DNA from: Daphnia carinata | Taxonomy: Eukaryota | Direction of reading: 5' to 3' | NCBI RefSeq assembly: GCF_022539665.2 | Contig: NC_081331.1 | Span: 10,106,001-10,170,000, forward strand | Length of the DNA stretch: 64,000 bases | Part shown: positions 25,794 to 39,750 of the stretch, in pieces | How positions within the stretch are numbered: the first letter of the stretch is position 1 | How the letters are laid out: each line of letters begins with the position of its first letter | Made by a program: the position numbers and the translations under genes | The notes under the pieces: model-generated | Databases searched by the model: none | The model's input: the letters and a program-made list of their open reading frames with translations, nothing else | Told to the model about the DNA's origin: nothing

Positions 25794-28700
25794 ATTTGTT
25801 GAGTGTTTTGACCATGTTGCTGAAAATACCCCGAGCATCGCTCGTATTGCGGATGGTAGTCTGCTGGCCAGGCAAAGATTCCGCCTCATTAGTCAAAGTG
25901 TCTTGTTTCCAGAGGTTTTCAGACGTCGTCACCAAGTCCTCGTCGTTTGGCTCTACAATTGCCAAAGAGGTAGTCGGTGTAGCGATCGTCGTGGTAGTAA
26001 CAGCCGGAGCTTGCTCCTTCTCTTCTCGGCCGCCTTTAGTCGGCATCTCCTTAAGCGTGTTGGCATTATCCCCACTCACTAGGCAAAACGAACAGACCAC
26101 GTTAAAATAAAATATGGCAATGACAAAAATGCAATGAAGTTATGGACATCATTAAGTTTCTTTAGCGCCGCAGCTGACGCTAAATCATAAATAGAAGAGA
26201 ACCGAGAGAGAAAGTCACGCGTTTCTTCTATAAGGATTCATTTATGCTAGGCTGTATCGGACGAATCACACGCTCAAGTAGAAAGTACAGTATGTTCCCT
26301 AAAAGTATGCTAATAAGCTGTGTGTGCATGAGGCTGCCGAATCGTATGGCTCAGCGAGGTACAAAACAATTTTTTTACAGCATTTACTGGCAAGTGGGAT
26401 CGCCTAAAAACGGAAATGCACCATCGGAAATATTATAAGCCCTAAACTTTCGCTTTCTTTCTTATCGCTTCAATTGAGAGTGAAAGTCCCCCCGTAAACG
26501 AACGTTTTACCATGAAAGATACATATAGTAGCTTTTGTGTTAGGCAGATAAAGAGGTAGAAGGAAAAGTGAGATAAAAAAAAGATTAGCGTGTCGTAGAG
26601 CTGGTCGTCCATCGTATTGGAACATAAAGTGGTTGTGCAACAAATAAACAGTGTGAAGAAAAGCGAAAGGGAAAGCCGGTGGCATTATTACCAACGTCCT
26701 ATTGGATACCTGTAACATTGCACTAATCTGTCCCAAACTTGAACAAACACACGCAGACCCATACACGCCCACAAAGATTCAAAACCAGAAGTTGTCGTCA
26801 TGTTGGCGGTAGAGAAATCTTTCGGCGGTTAATATTTAAAATTTACTTTCTATCTCTGCGATTTTTTCATCTAACTACTGGACAATCTTTACCGCAAAAT
26901 TTCTTTTTTATTACGTCTCATGCAAGATTTATCTTTGCCATTGGCTGGTAAATGGCTGCCCGGGAAACCATTACACTTTATGATACTGCTCTCAAAAAAA
27001 GCGGAAAGAAATCAATTATAGCGAGGAAAAGATTCTTGCACGATTACTAGGAAACTAATGAAACCTGACGTAAAATATTTTGCCTCTACCACCGATTGGC
27101 AGGATGTAATATAAACAAATTAAAACTTAAATTTACCTTGAATGGCTCGTGAGGTCTCGTCGTGGCCTTGGGATGGCGTATCATGAGCATCTTTGACGGC
27201 TGCAGCAGAGGCGATCCAGGATGATCGGCGGAACCCCGACCGAAAACCTGTTCGAAGGGCCGGATGTTGGTGCTTGAGCCCCGAAGTCGCGGCCGTTGCC
27301 AGTGCGATCAGCTCCAATGTTAGGAGCAATAGAAAGTACCCGGATATCCTATAAAGTAAAGAGTGAAGAAATCAAAAGTGTGCTAGCACGTACGGAATTC
27401 ATTGCATCAGCAAAAACAATAAACTGAATTTCTTGGCCAAAGTCTAGACTTCCGTTTAATTTCTCTGTTGCTTAAGCCTAAATTTATTTGTGATTAACGC
27501 CCCTGTGTCGAAATGGACAGTAACGTCTTGTAAAACAAAAGAAAAAGAGATGGCGCGAGCAATAAGAAAGCCACCACATTTTCATCACCCCTGAACTAAA
27601 TCCAATGAAGACAAGAAGGGATGACGCCATGTGCGGGTGTTGAATTGAAGTAACGCGTGAAAAGTTTTTCAGCAAAGCTTTCGAAAAAAAAAACGGCAAA
27701 ACATCTTCCTTCCCAAACAACTGGTGCCATCTAGCGAACAGCATAAAACTCTGACAGAATCCCTGGGTAGAAAGTTGTACCAACCGCGCCTGGTACATAC
27801 ACACAATCGGACACAATTCAACAGTGAAGGTTCGAGCGGCGGAAACAAAACACCTCCAATTCGGTCGGATATTACCTGCTGGTACAAAGAACCTAGTAAA
27901 CAAAGCACAAAAGCGATAGCAGAGAAGAAGAGCATATTCAGAATAGATATGTAGGAATACAAAGAGAAAAAAGAGAAAGAGAAAGCAAACAAAATACTAC
28001 ATGACCTATATACTATCTTGTCAATGGCTGTCGCTAAATATCCATTTACAATTGCAAACGAGGTCGTAAATTCTCTTTAATGCACATATCCTTAAAAAGA
28101 AATAAGCAAACAAAAATTGAGCATCTTCCAGGTGTCTGTTTGCTCCAACCAAAACATTGCAGTAATGGAAAAATTTTAACGCCATTCGCGTGGAACGTCA
28201 CTCGTCCAAAGATCAGTGGCCGACTTCAATAAGTTTTAGGATGGAGTAAAGTAAGTCAAACCGACGACCTGATTGCTGCTAACCAAGTTGCACGCCATCA
28301 CTTGCAAAAAAAAAAAGTGTGGAAAGGTAAATGAATACTAGACTCGCTTCCCGACGTCGGTCTGATTATTAAATGGGCGTAAAAACAGGAGGGTTCTACG
28401 ACACACGATCGAATTTTCACTTCCAGGATGACTGATGATTGTGTTTCTTTCTTTCCATTGTGGAAGGCGTTTCCGGACGAATCCGACAACTGTTAATCCC
28501 TCAATGATGTGCTTGACGATCCAGTTTACTAAGCGCTTAACTTCGCATAATAGCGTGGGCGAATAAAGGCCAACGGCATCCGGTGAAAGTCTGATGGGGC
28601 ATTTAGAAATATTTTGGCAGAAAAGATGAATAATAAGAAAATAATAAGGAAGAAAGAGAAAAAAAAAACTAGAAGATGATCATGAGCTTTCCCCAAGAGT

Positions 28701-28924
28701 TGGAAAACGCTCGACGCACGCAAAAAGTGGACTGAATTTCCCATGTGGACTGAATTCTTGGTCATGCTTTTGTGCACGCGACACAGTTCCTTTTTCACGC
28801 GCTCAACAAACGACCGAAATAAACTTCACGTTTTGCGCGATGTAGTTGGCGTTCGATATCTCACGTTATGACAGTTATGAAATTATTTCAACATAATAAA
28901 GTTAAACAAAGTGACTTACCGCAT
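25794..28924 (-). CDS. Alternative N-terminal exons of the same protease (long isoform): 28924-28920, 27348-27137, 26078-25794, spliced to 22480
   Basis: ATGCG|GTAAGT plus ATAG|GATATCC gives MRISGYFLLLLTLELIALATA, a signal peptide. Subsequent donors GTAAAT and GTAAGT are phase 1 and keep frame into the clip exon. Confidence 0.75.
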
Positions 28925-31356
28925 GGTCGAAACGGGTAAAGTTGTCAACTTGTTAAACTGTAGAATTCGTGGTTGCAATTCACTAAGCCGAAGATCCAGA
29001 AGTTGATTAGATTTAACAGAAGTGATGACACACTCGTCTCGGCAACAGTCTTCGACGAAATGGATGGTTTTGATGTAGCGTATCGGAGAGCAGACCTAGA
29101 AGAACTATCGAGTTGGATCGGTCGGCTCAACTGTTGAACTTGGCAGCAGGTCGAGCCATTGAAGAGTGAGATCGACTGAGAAGAAGAGCCCGAAAGCTCC
29201 TAGTCAATTGGAGAAAGCACTGTAGATTAAAAAAAAACACTCCCACCGGTGCAGTGTGCAATGCACGGAATAGTGGGAAAAGTATACTACGCGCTGGAGT
29301 CTTCTTTTTTCTCCACCGGCAAGCCAACCCTCTCACTGGAGGAGCGCGCTCCCAGCAGGAGAGATTTTCGCCTCGCAGGCAATGGAGAAAGCGAGTCTTC
29401 GTCCTCAATTTTCACCGCCAAACTCCCCTTTTTTTTTTTAGTTGGTTACCTCTCTTCTCAAACGCTGTGTTTTTTTCTTGCAGTATTTTCTCCTTCCGTT
29501 GGTAGGAGACGGAAAAATCTATTACAAGAATACCACAGCCACTGCTCACCGCGAAAATAACCAAACGCGATGATGCTACTAATCAGGGACGAATCGGCAT
29601 AAAAAAGCATAATACGTCGGTTGAAAATAATTACACTCCGCAGGTACCTAAACAACAAGAGAAAGCTTTAACATAAAAAAAATGGAGAATGAAAATTGAT
29701 GACAATCAAGGTTTTTGTTCTTCTCTTTTCTATTCGGGTGAATAGTAGGCGGTCACGGAGGCCGAGCTCCGACTTGGTTTGTCTGAAACAAGTTAGAGAT
29801 TTGACCTAAAAACAAATGGCAGAGAGAATACGAAATGAAACGTGTCTAGGTAGGTACGATAAGCGGAAGTGGCCCATCCGTATAGAAATCGAGAGCATAG
29901 CCTACGGAAGAAGAATAACAAATGACGTCGTGCTGGTAACAGAAATGCAAAACCATATTACAGGTTTGCGACCCATCGACTGCGGAAATATAGGTTAATA
30001 AAAAAATATATATTTTAACGTGATAGAACTTACTGTCAAACATGTTAAGCAGGATTTTCTAGCCTAACGTATAAGGGAAGCATTCCTGTAGTTGTTGGGA
30101 GTGGTTTTCGTCCGTATAGTAAACTCACGGCAAAAGGGAAACTTTTTATGTTTTTTCGATTTCTGGGTTAGCAGGACAAACGAAATCCAGCTGGTTATAT
30201 ATATATATATATATTTTTTTTTGTATGTCCGTCCAAAAAAGAAGTAGGTTGATCTTCTTTTCTTTTTCTTCATCGCCTTTTTTTTCCAGGCTGCTCATCC
30301 TTCCCCCTCCGCCTCCCCCGTTTTCCTACTCTCTTGCCCCCTTCATTTGGCTCCTCCTTGTCTTCCCATATACAAACCATTTTCTCCTTCCGCCCCCCTT
30401 GGCCCATCTTGAGACACCTGTTTGCAATACCCATGGCTAGCCGCCACAATTTCAAAAATAAAATTAAAAAGCGGTCCGTTTGAACACGCAAAACATCCAT
30501 TTGACACCCTCCCTTTCGCAGTTCAGCCGTAGGGACTGTATGTTGATTTGCGACAACCAAGCCTTTTTCTACGAGCAATGACGGCGGGATTGTAGATCGA
30601 GGATGTTGAACGATTCACTTTCCATTCACGGCTGGAAGGGTCCCGCCTCCACGCTTCACCAGGTCATCCCTCACTTCCAGATTCTTTCTTAACCTTGATA
30701 CTTGACCCATATTTTCCCTAGATAAAAAAAAAAAGGAAACAAAGAAAAAAAAAGAAAAAATCGAGGCTTGCGCCGAATGACCTCATTCGACGCCAGACTC
30801 TCGTTCTTTTCTCCACTCCGCATCGTAATATTAATAATAATGGCGCGCGTGTACACTTTTCCAAGTCCAATAGTTTAAGCTGAATAGAACGACTTTTGTT
30901 GTCCAGAATGACCCGGAAAAAACAAAAACGATTAGAGTGTGTATAGAAAGGACAATGGAAGAGAGTGATGCGATTTCCCCTTTTCCTTGTTGCACAAAGA
31001 AAAATGGGAGAAAGTCATCCTTGACTAAGATTATAAACCTTTGAAGAACCGCACGCCTCAACATCGAACCTTCCTAACGCAATACTACGTTCTGCGAACG
31101 GAAGCCACCTAAGCCAAAAACAAACGGCTGTCTCCATTTCTACCTGCTACATCTCTCTGCTAAATACGCCATCTGCATATCCTACATGAAAAAGTAATTA
31201 AAATAGAGATTCGGAGTTGAACGTTATAACTTAATGACATAGTAACTTACAGTGTCAGGTCAGCTTCTGTTTAGCTCGTCATCTTTTCATTAAAGAAAAC
31301 AATAACAAATGTATTCGACTTACTGGAAAAGGGAAAGAAAACAAATGACCCAAAGT

Positions 31357-31570
31357 TTAAGTTTTGGACGTTACTGACGAAGATTGTGTTTCATTTGGTT
31401 TGGAAAGAGTTCGATCCTCGCCTTCGGTTGAATGATTTTCTTTGCCTCTGGATAGCGATTTCAACGCGTAAGAAACATTCTCGTAGACGACGAACGTCAA
31501 GGCTGTAGCTGGAGTGACCCTTAACAAGTTAGGGAGCAATCCCTTGTAAAAGCCTCTCACCCTCTCATGC
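31357..31570 (-). CDS. SLC25A32: Alternative terminal exon of SLC25A32 (second version of helix 6 plus tail)
   Basis: Acceptor TTTCAG at 31571 joins an internal donor AG|GTACGA at 31960 in frame, giving [35 protein letters not shown]. Confidence 0.8.
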
Positions 31571-31848
31571 CTGAAATTAACAGAAGAAAAAGCTGTAGGT
31601 CACTCCATGCCACTTTCGGAATCTACACTACCTCACAATAGATACAAGGTGATCGTTTCCTCACGAAAATGACAAAACTAGGCCACAAGACGGACAATGC
31701 GAGATTCGTTATTGATCTTAGTATGTACAGGAAATTCCAACTAAAATTAGCCCGGCCGAACGGGCCGTACACAAACAAGAGGGAGGGATTCGATTGTACT
31801 CGATTCTGCGCAATTTTGCTTTCATTTGTTTTATGAATCAAGGGGACA

Positions 31849-33057
31849 TCACCGTTCGCCAGTGCACATTTCATAAATAAGGAAGACCAGACAAATATTG
31901 GGCGTGACGTGGACCATGTAGGGCGACAGGCCTTTATAAAATCCGCGGACACCTTCGTACCTCCACGTCTGCGATATCACATCCATGACGCCCTTGTAGT
32001 CGCGGTATTGATCCTGCAATCGGGCTCGAACTACTTGATAGGGGTAAGTAGCAGTGGCGGCAAACAATTTTGACAGGGCGGCAAATGACAGGTACTCAGA
32101 CGTGGCCTAGATTCAGATTATGAAATTGATTTTATACGAAAACCTACATAACGGGGATAGACTAAATGGTTTTTGACTCACCAATTTGGTGTCGATAGGT
32201 AAATTTCGGTAACTATTGTAACTATTTTTCATTTCCTCATAAGCCATAAACTGAAGTGCACCGTGTGAGACGCCAAAGATTCCTGGCACGAATCCTTTGT
32301 ACAAACCACGAATGCCTTCATAGCGGTACATCTTGACTAGAGCATCAATCATTCCCCTGAAAAGACTATCATTAGTATTCCAACATGCAAGTTACTGTAG
32401 GAAATAAATCTTACTTGTATCTCTTTTCATCTGAGAGATGAACTGTTTCTGGACCATATTGCAGACAAAGACGAGTTTTCACGACCCATATAGGATTTGT
32501 CAAGATTTGGGTAGCTACACCTGCTTCAGCGGCCGCTAACATATGTTTGGCGGGACTCAGCGCTACGGTTGAATCTCCACTTTGCATTTCTACTTTGATG
32601 GCATTGTAACTGTTCAAATACGACGAATAGACAACAAGGAATCCTCGGTAATGAACAGTAAGACACCTACAAAAAGAAATAGGACCCCCACGCAAATCCT
32701 GCACCACAAACATTGGGCGCTACACCTCTGTACAGACCACGAATTCCTTCAGTTCGAGTTATGCTGCAAACGGCGTCATACAATCCAGAATACTGAGGTC
32801 GTATACTCAACTGACCGTCACTGACTGAAATGATGAAATGCGTTATAATATTGTCATCCCTGAATTCGTATAGACATACCTGCAAATCTGATTTTGATCA
32901 AGTCCAAAGGATGAAGAATCAATGTGGATGCAACTCCACCTGATATTCCTGCTATAAGATGTTCATACCTCATGTTTGATAAAAATATGGCCACTCGTGT
33001 GCTGGCATTGGGCATGCCAAGGCTAGGGTTTGTCTTTGCCATTTTTGTATGTTGCAT
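31849..33057 (-). CDS. SLC25A32: Mitochondrial folate/FAD carrier. Exons approx. 33057-32880, 32821-32670, 32608-32414, 32357-32182, 32107-31849.
   Basis: Three carrier repeats: [20 protein letters not shown] (the Trp variant typical of the folate carrier) and [11 protein letters not shown], with EGxRGxYKG linkers. Confidence 0.9.
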
Positions 33058-35228
33058 GTATAACGAATAAAAGCAAGTGAAGTGTCAGAGACAGCACATC
33101 CTAGAAATGGAAGAAAAAAATTAGTTAATAATTTTATCAAATAAAAATATGCCCTATACAAAAAGATTTTGCATACAACACTTCTTTACAGGACAATTGC
33201 ATTTCCCCTTCCCCTATGGTTTGTGAATTAATCTTCGGCATTAAGCTTCCAAATCAGAATGTAACAACATACCCATGAACCACGATCAGTATAAGACAGA
33301 ACCACCATAAAGTTTTTCAGCCAAAGCATTACACGAAATCCACAAAACAAATATTACAATTGATTAAGACAGTTACCTAAACCAAAATAGCAAATTGCTG
33401 AAAATACTTTTGTTTTTACTTTGAGCAATGTGATTTCTTAAACACACTTAGAAAATGTGTACACAAGTGCCTGGTTGAACAAGTTAATCAAAAATACAGG
33501 ATGCTAGAATAGTTTCTATGTATGAAAAACTAAATGCCTTTATCCAAATCACCTTTCACTATGAAATCAAAGAAAGTTCTACAGAAATGCTTTCTTTCCA
33601 ATTCCCGATTTGAAACAAACTCCGTCTTTCACGAATGGCTCAAGATTAGGAGACCCAATTTTTTATTAAGTTCACGAATACTTTTAGAAAATGTGATCAG
33701 GTTATGCAGTGATGCAACTCGTATCATGTTACGAAACAAAACGTGACTGGCGATTATATGATCATATGGTATATACCAGACAAAAAACTAAAATATGTAC
33801 AGCTAGAACTAGGACTAGGACGGTTGATACCTGAGAAAAATTGACACCAGGCACAATGACACCTTGAAGAAAGGCTGTGACGAGATTAAAATGTTACAAT
33901 CTGGTTATCAAATGGTAACGGCCTTGGGTAAGTTCCCCTGTACAAAGCGTAACGTTTCACTAGAAATACGATTCGCCTGTGGGTCAAGGACTTAGCGTTC
34001 ATCAAATACACATGCACAGAAATAATTGCTAAAAAAAGCCGCCGTCTGCTCATCCGCTGTTGCCAATTTATTAAGCCAGCAGCTGGCACTAGGGCTCGGC
34101 CCCGATCGTCTTTGATCGGGGCAAAGCGCGGTTTTTTCATTAAAAAATCGTCAAACCGTCGGTACGCTTTAGCCAATTTTGCCTGAGGTTTGGCTTTCGG
34201 CTTGTAACTGGCCAAAACCGGTTTGAACCGCCATTAAAACTTTTTTTTGAAATTTTGCTGAAATTCCAAATCAAGTAATTATCACTTATTGTTGTGAACG
34301 TAATGGCGGTCAACAACTTGTTATAAATCAAATTTCCGATCGAACTTGTCATCGCGATCGAAAATTGGTCGATCTCTCCGCCATCTAGCGACAAAGTCTG
34401 TTACTGATGTAATTCCTATGCAAACCGTAAATCCACGGAGCAAACCCTAAAACCGCGGTGCAAACCGTACAAAATCGGGTTGTAAAGCCCGCTTAGGCAA
34501 CCTTTTCAAAACCTGACGAGGTACGGTTCGAAATAAAAGGACGACCCGGCACTTGTCCGATCCGCCCTGAAAATCTAAATGACCTGCCCGATCAGTAAAA
34601 ATATCGAACAGATTAACGCGAGGCCAAGCCCTTTCGTAGCCTCGCAGCACTGAGAAATTATTCTGAAAATAGGAATGGTTTGTTTCGTAAATTATCTCAT
34701 TTGATGTTATGCATATCTTGGCCGTAGTCTGATGCTGCACGTAAAAAATTGCATTGCTAAACCGTTATCCCACGGAGGCCTGTATGTTGTGTAAGTAGGA
34801 CATGGCCTGGCTTTTAGAAATCAAAGAGATGAAAGACCTAAACAAGTGTTTAAACAAAACAACAACGTGAGCGATAACACAACAATCCCGAAAAATATTT
34901 TTTATTTGACTAACAACACGTGAGACACACTTGAAAATGGTTTCTGTCCGATTTTGACACAATATTAGGAATGAATTGCTAGACGAACATGCAAAAAAAA
35001 GGGGCGGGGGGGGGGTAGAAAAACCACTCATTCCGTCCATACCTAAAGTAATATGCTTATTGGATAAGCAAAATTTGCTAGGACAATTGGTTACGATAGA
35101 CGAATATTATATTAAACGCTAGTCAAACACACATTTTGGAATTAAGCACACTTAGAATGAAGAACACAACTATAATGGTGGATTTGAACTAATTTTCGAA
35201 ACTCACTACGCGATCTGTTTTTAAAGAT

Positions 35229-38200
35229 TTAAAGTGACAAAATTTCACTTGTACTGGCTTGACCCAGCGGTGGCCAGTCCTTTTCCGTGGCTAAGTCCAG
35301 CTCTACCTTCTTGTACTTGTTCTTTGGTTCAGAGTTGCGAGGATCATTTGCTGGACGCTGAATGGACTCGTTTTCAGCGACCAAATTTTCAATATAAAGA
35401 GCCACAGAAAGGTGCAATATAACTAGAAGTATCAGACAGCTGCGGAACAGGTACATGTTGTCGTCGTCATCAGTCCTTGTGGAACCAACAGGAATCCCAC
35501 CGTCATCCTCTGAGTACCAGTGAAAAGGATTCACGTTGATCCCCATCACTTGGAAAAAGTCGGCCAGCGGCCCGATCGGCAGCAATGTCAGGACTAGAGA
35601 GAATGCCGTTAGGACAATCAGGGCGAAGAGAAAAAGTTTGTTGGTATAAAATGGCTGTCGATAAGGAGGTCCGTAGGAAAATGCAAGCGCAAGAATAAGG
35701 TATTGAAATGAACTTATCGAGAAGATGACGGTTACTTCCCAACACGGAATAATGACTTCATCGCCGTCGGGATGTATAGGGTGATACCAGGGCTGCAGCA
35801 TTAAGAGCAACAGGGCACCGAGTTGTATGGCCGCCGTCAAAGCTATTTGCATAACTAAAGACAGCATATTTGAGCTGGTAAGAAGCGACCCTCTAGGGCG
35901 GTGAACCACGAGGTTTGGGTAGGGATCAGTGTGTCCCATTAGAACGGCAACCGTTGTCGTGATGAACAGGTCATGATAGAGAAACATATAGTCGCCAAGA
36001 GTTGTGCGTAGCGAGTATAGGATCAGTACGGATATGAACTGAATCAAGCTGTAGAGTGCCATATACTTAAACACCCCGAAACTGGTGACTAAGGCACAAC
36101 GACCTTCACGGACGATAGTCGGGACACATGAAATGTTTCCAGCTTTAGCAGTGAAGGGAGCAGCCACGGATGCCTCAGCATCCGACAAAGAAATGCCTAC
36201 ATGAGCTGCTTTAAGAGCTCCGCAGTCATTAGCTCCATCCCCGCAAAATCCAACAGCGTAACCAAGTTCTTGAAACTCTTCCACCACCTTATGTGGCATG
36301 TAAAAGGAATTAGTAAACGTACATGCATTATGGAAAACCATGACAAGAATTACTTTTGTTTTCTGATCAGGTGTCATCCGAGCTAGAATGGTTGCTCGCA
36401 CAAGGATTCTTTGCAGTAAATGAGGAAAATGTTTACGAATGACGTCTAGGGTTTTCCCCCCAAGAGCCAAATGTAATCGTGGAGTTAGATGGTTACTGTC
36501 CAATCCTCTTTCAGCATCGGAAACAAGAGCTTGTCTGCGCCACATACGCGATATGTTTTCCATTGGCTGGAATACCGAGTCTGGCCAGCTCTCAGTAAAC
36601 ATGGCATCTGACTCTGACGACGACAAGACACCACTCTCTTCTAAATCCCTTTCATACATTTCAGCCAATGAATAGGTAATGGATGCACGGGTAGTACCCT
36701 TCGGTGAAGTAGCTGTAACAAGTATCACTTTTTCTCCTACAGGAAGCATGTCACAATCTCTTCCCACATTAATTGCAGTTAGCAGGTTGTCACCTAGATG
36801 AAAAAGTTAGAGAATTACTGAAAATTACCAGAAGCGCAAGATTTGTATTTGAATGAAACCTACCAGTAACCATAACACATCGAATGCTAGCGTTACGCAA
36901 TTGTCGAACAACTGGGGTCGTTTCGGATTTGAGAGTATTATGCATAACGAGTAGACCAAGGAAGTTCAGATTGCATTCCATTTGTTCTCGCTTCATGCGG
37001 TGCATTTGGTGCCAGGTCAATCGTCGATCTAATACGCGATGAGCTAATGCAAGTACACGGAAACCACGCATTGTGAATGATCTTAGAACTTTGGCAAAAT
37101 TTGCTGGCACGGATGCCTCCACGCAAAGTGTTCGAATCATTTCAGGCGACCCTTTACATAGCAGCTCCATGTGAGCGCTACCTAAAGTTCGGACAACTAC
37201 CGACATTCTTTGTAGGCTGGAGCTGAATGGAAACTGGCGTACGATACCCACTGCATATGGTATCTTCAAGACAATATGGATTATTAACCTTAAACGATTA
37301 CTCAATATTTTCAAATTGTACTTCGAATCCCGTTTCAGCGAAATCAAAACCATGAACACCCAGGAACGTATCGCGAGTGACGGGTTTGACAACAATAGGA
37401 GCCATAACATCGTAACGAGTTATATCTGCTCCCGGTTCTTCCAAAATCCATTGAGTTGATTTGAACATTTCCAGTTCTAAAGGGTCACCGATCAATTGAC
37501 CTAAGAGAATGTTTTTGTTTGTTTGTTTTTTTTTCCAGCGATTTTCATGGACAATATCTAAAGCAAGCAAAGTGGAAAGGTAAAAACCTTCGATTCGGGT
37601 AAGAGTATGGCACGCCGCGAGAGTTACTAAAACTGGATCATCTTGTTTCAGTTGAAGTGCTGGATCACGAACAAGATCAGCAAAAACATTTTCATCTTTT
37701 GATCGCGGTGCCACTCCGCAAAATTCGAGACCACCTTCTGTCAGGGTTCCTGTCTGGAAACAAGTAAAAATTGACATTAATTAACCATTGATATGAAATA
37801 ATTTTTTTTTAGATTTTTGCTTTTTCAGCCTTCCTACTTTATCGAAGCACATGAGCTTTAATTTGCCACACACATTGATGCGTGGTGGCGAAATGCAAAA
37901 GATGCCGTTACGGCGCAAACGTGACTGAGCGTACACTGTTCCAACCGTCATTGCGGCGGGCATGGCGGGCGGAACGACGATTGTTAGCATATCACAAGCA
38001 CGTATGACAATTTCCCAAAGCGTAGCCTAGAATAAATATTATATAATCAGGAGGTAAACATTGTACATGTAAAAAAAACAAATATATTCCTTACCCCTTT
38101 CGTGATATAAACGTAGACGCAATAGGTAATGCCACAAAGGGCCACGCCGAAAAGTAACAAGACGAATTTGAGCGAGTCGATATAAAACTTGAAACCTATA

Positions 38201-39750
38201 GGCTTCGGGTATAAGATCGAGCGGACTAACTCGCCCTTAGCAGTAGTGAAACCCGTCCTAATTACAACTGCCAAGACTTTATCTTGGCCATAATAGCGCG
38301 TTTGAAGAATTTGTGTACCACAGAAGAGCGTGTGCCGTTTGTGAATATCGGTACAATAGGGTTCGTCCAGATCAGGAACAGGCGTTTTTGTCTCGGGCGC
38401 ACTTTCACCTACTGGGAGAAAAAAAGAATACAGTAATTTTGTTCGCAAAGGCAATACCATGTCAATAACCAACCTGTCAAGACACTTTCATTCACAATAC
38501 CTGTATTTGATTAAGCAATAATACTTCGCATTAGTAAAAAAAAAAAAATGTATCATTTATCTATGATATTTAATTACATGTTCCCGCCACGAGGACGGCA
38601 TCGCAAGGAACCAAGAAACCCGTCGGAGGTATAACAATAACGTCTCCAGGTACCAACCGGCTGGCATAAATATTTTCATAAACTTGGAACAAATTACTAT
38701 GAGTCTCGATCAAGGAATATTAAATTTAATACAAAAGATTACCTTCTCCGCCACGAGAAACGGTAACCATGGAAGATATGTGGGCTGCTGTCATATTTTT
38801 CAATGTTGAACTTTGCTGCAGAAAGAAATTAATATTTGTATTGCTGGTTATCAGTCATGTACGAAAAGTTGAATTACCCTGCGAATTTCGTAGAGGGCAA
38901 CGCCTACGGATATAATCGATACCACAAAAATGCATCCGGCATAGTAAATATAATCATCGACTGTCCAAACCACGCAACTAAAGATCTCAAAAAGGTAAAA
39001 TGGATTGAGAACTTCATCTATTAGCAAACGCCAATAGGACTTGACGTCCACGGACATTGTGTTGAAGCCGTGTAACTGTAGCCTACGATCAATGAAACCA
39101 ATGTTATTATTTGTATTGAAAATTGAAGTGAGTATTCATACTTTGCTTCCTGAATTTGCACTGATTGCCCTTCGAAAGTGTGAAAATCGCAAAGCTGAAT
39201 GCCTTGTTCGATTCCCGTAAGCATTTGAAATCGCTGGTACCTTTTGCTCCACAGGTACTTGACATGTTGATGGACAAAATAACGCGAGTAGGGCACAGAA
39301 TCTTCTTCAAACAATTTACTGGTTTCAGAATCTTCCTCTCTCTCTGAATCATCCTTTGATAGCAGAGAGTATTCATCAGGAAAGTAATCCCCAACAATTT
39401 CTTGGTGCACTTTTGCAATATATGTTTGCCCATGGACATCCTTCACAAAGGAAAATCTCATTATTAACTTTACACAAACGAACAACATTGTAAACACTAG
39501 ATCATACCTCTAACACCAAGACTTGAGATTCATCTATAGGGCAGCGAACATACTGCCAACGGATTCCAAAAACATTGTGCCAGTAGATAAGAACATATGG
39601 CAAGCCTATGCATAGTAATGCTATACAGTGGAAGACGAAGGTCTTGAGATAACTTCTTGTGTATCCAACCGCAGTAAGTTGCTCTTTACTGCCATCATCT
39701 ATCACTGTTGAATTGGGCTTGATATTTAAGTTCATGTAAGCCCCAACCAT
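35229..39750 (-). CDS. P5B-type ATPase (ATP13A2/ATP13A3-like, putative polyamine transporter), multi-exon
   Basis: Motifs [50 protein letters not shown] and [20 protein letters not shown] occur in order on the minus strand, separated by short GT-AG introns. Start codon is tentative. Confidence 0.9.
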
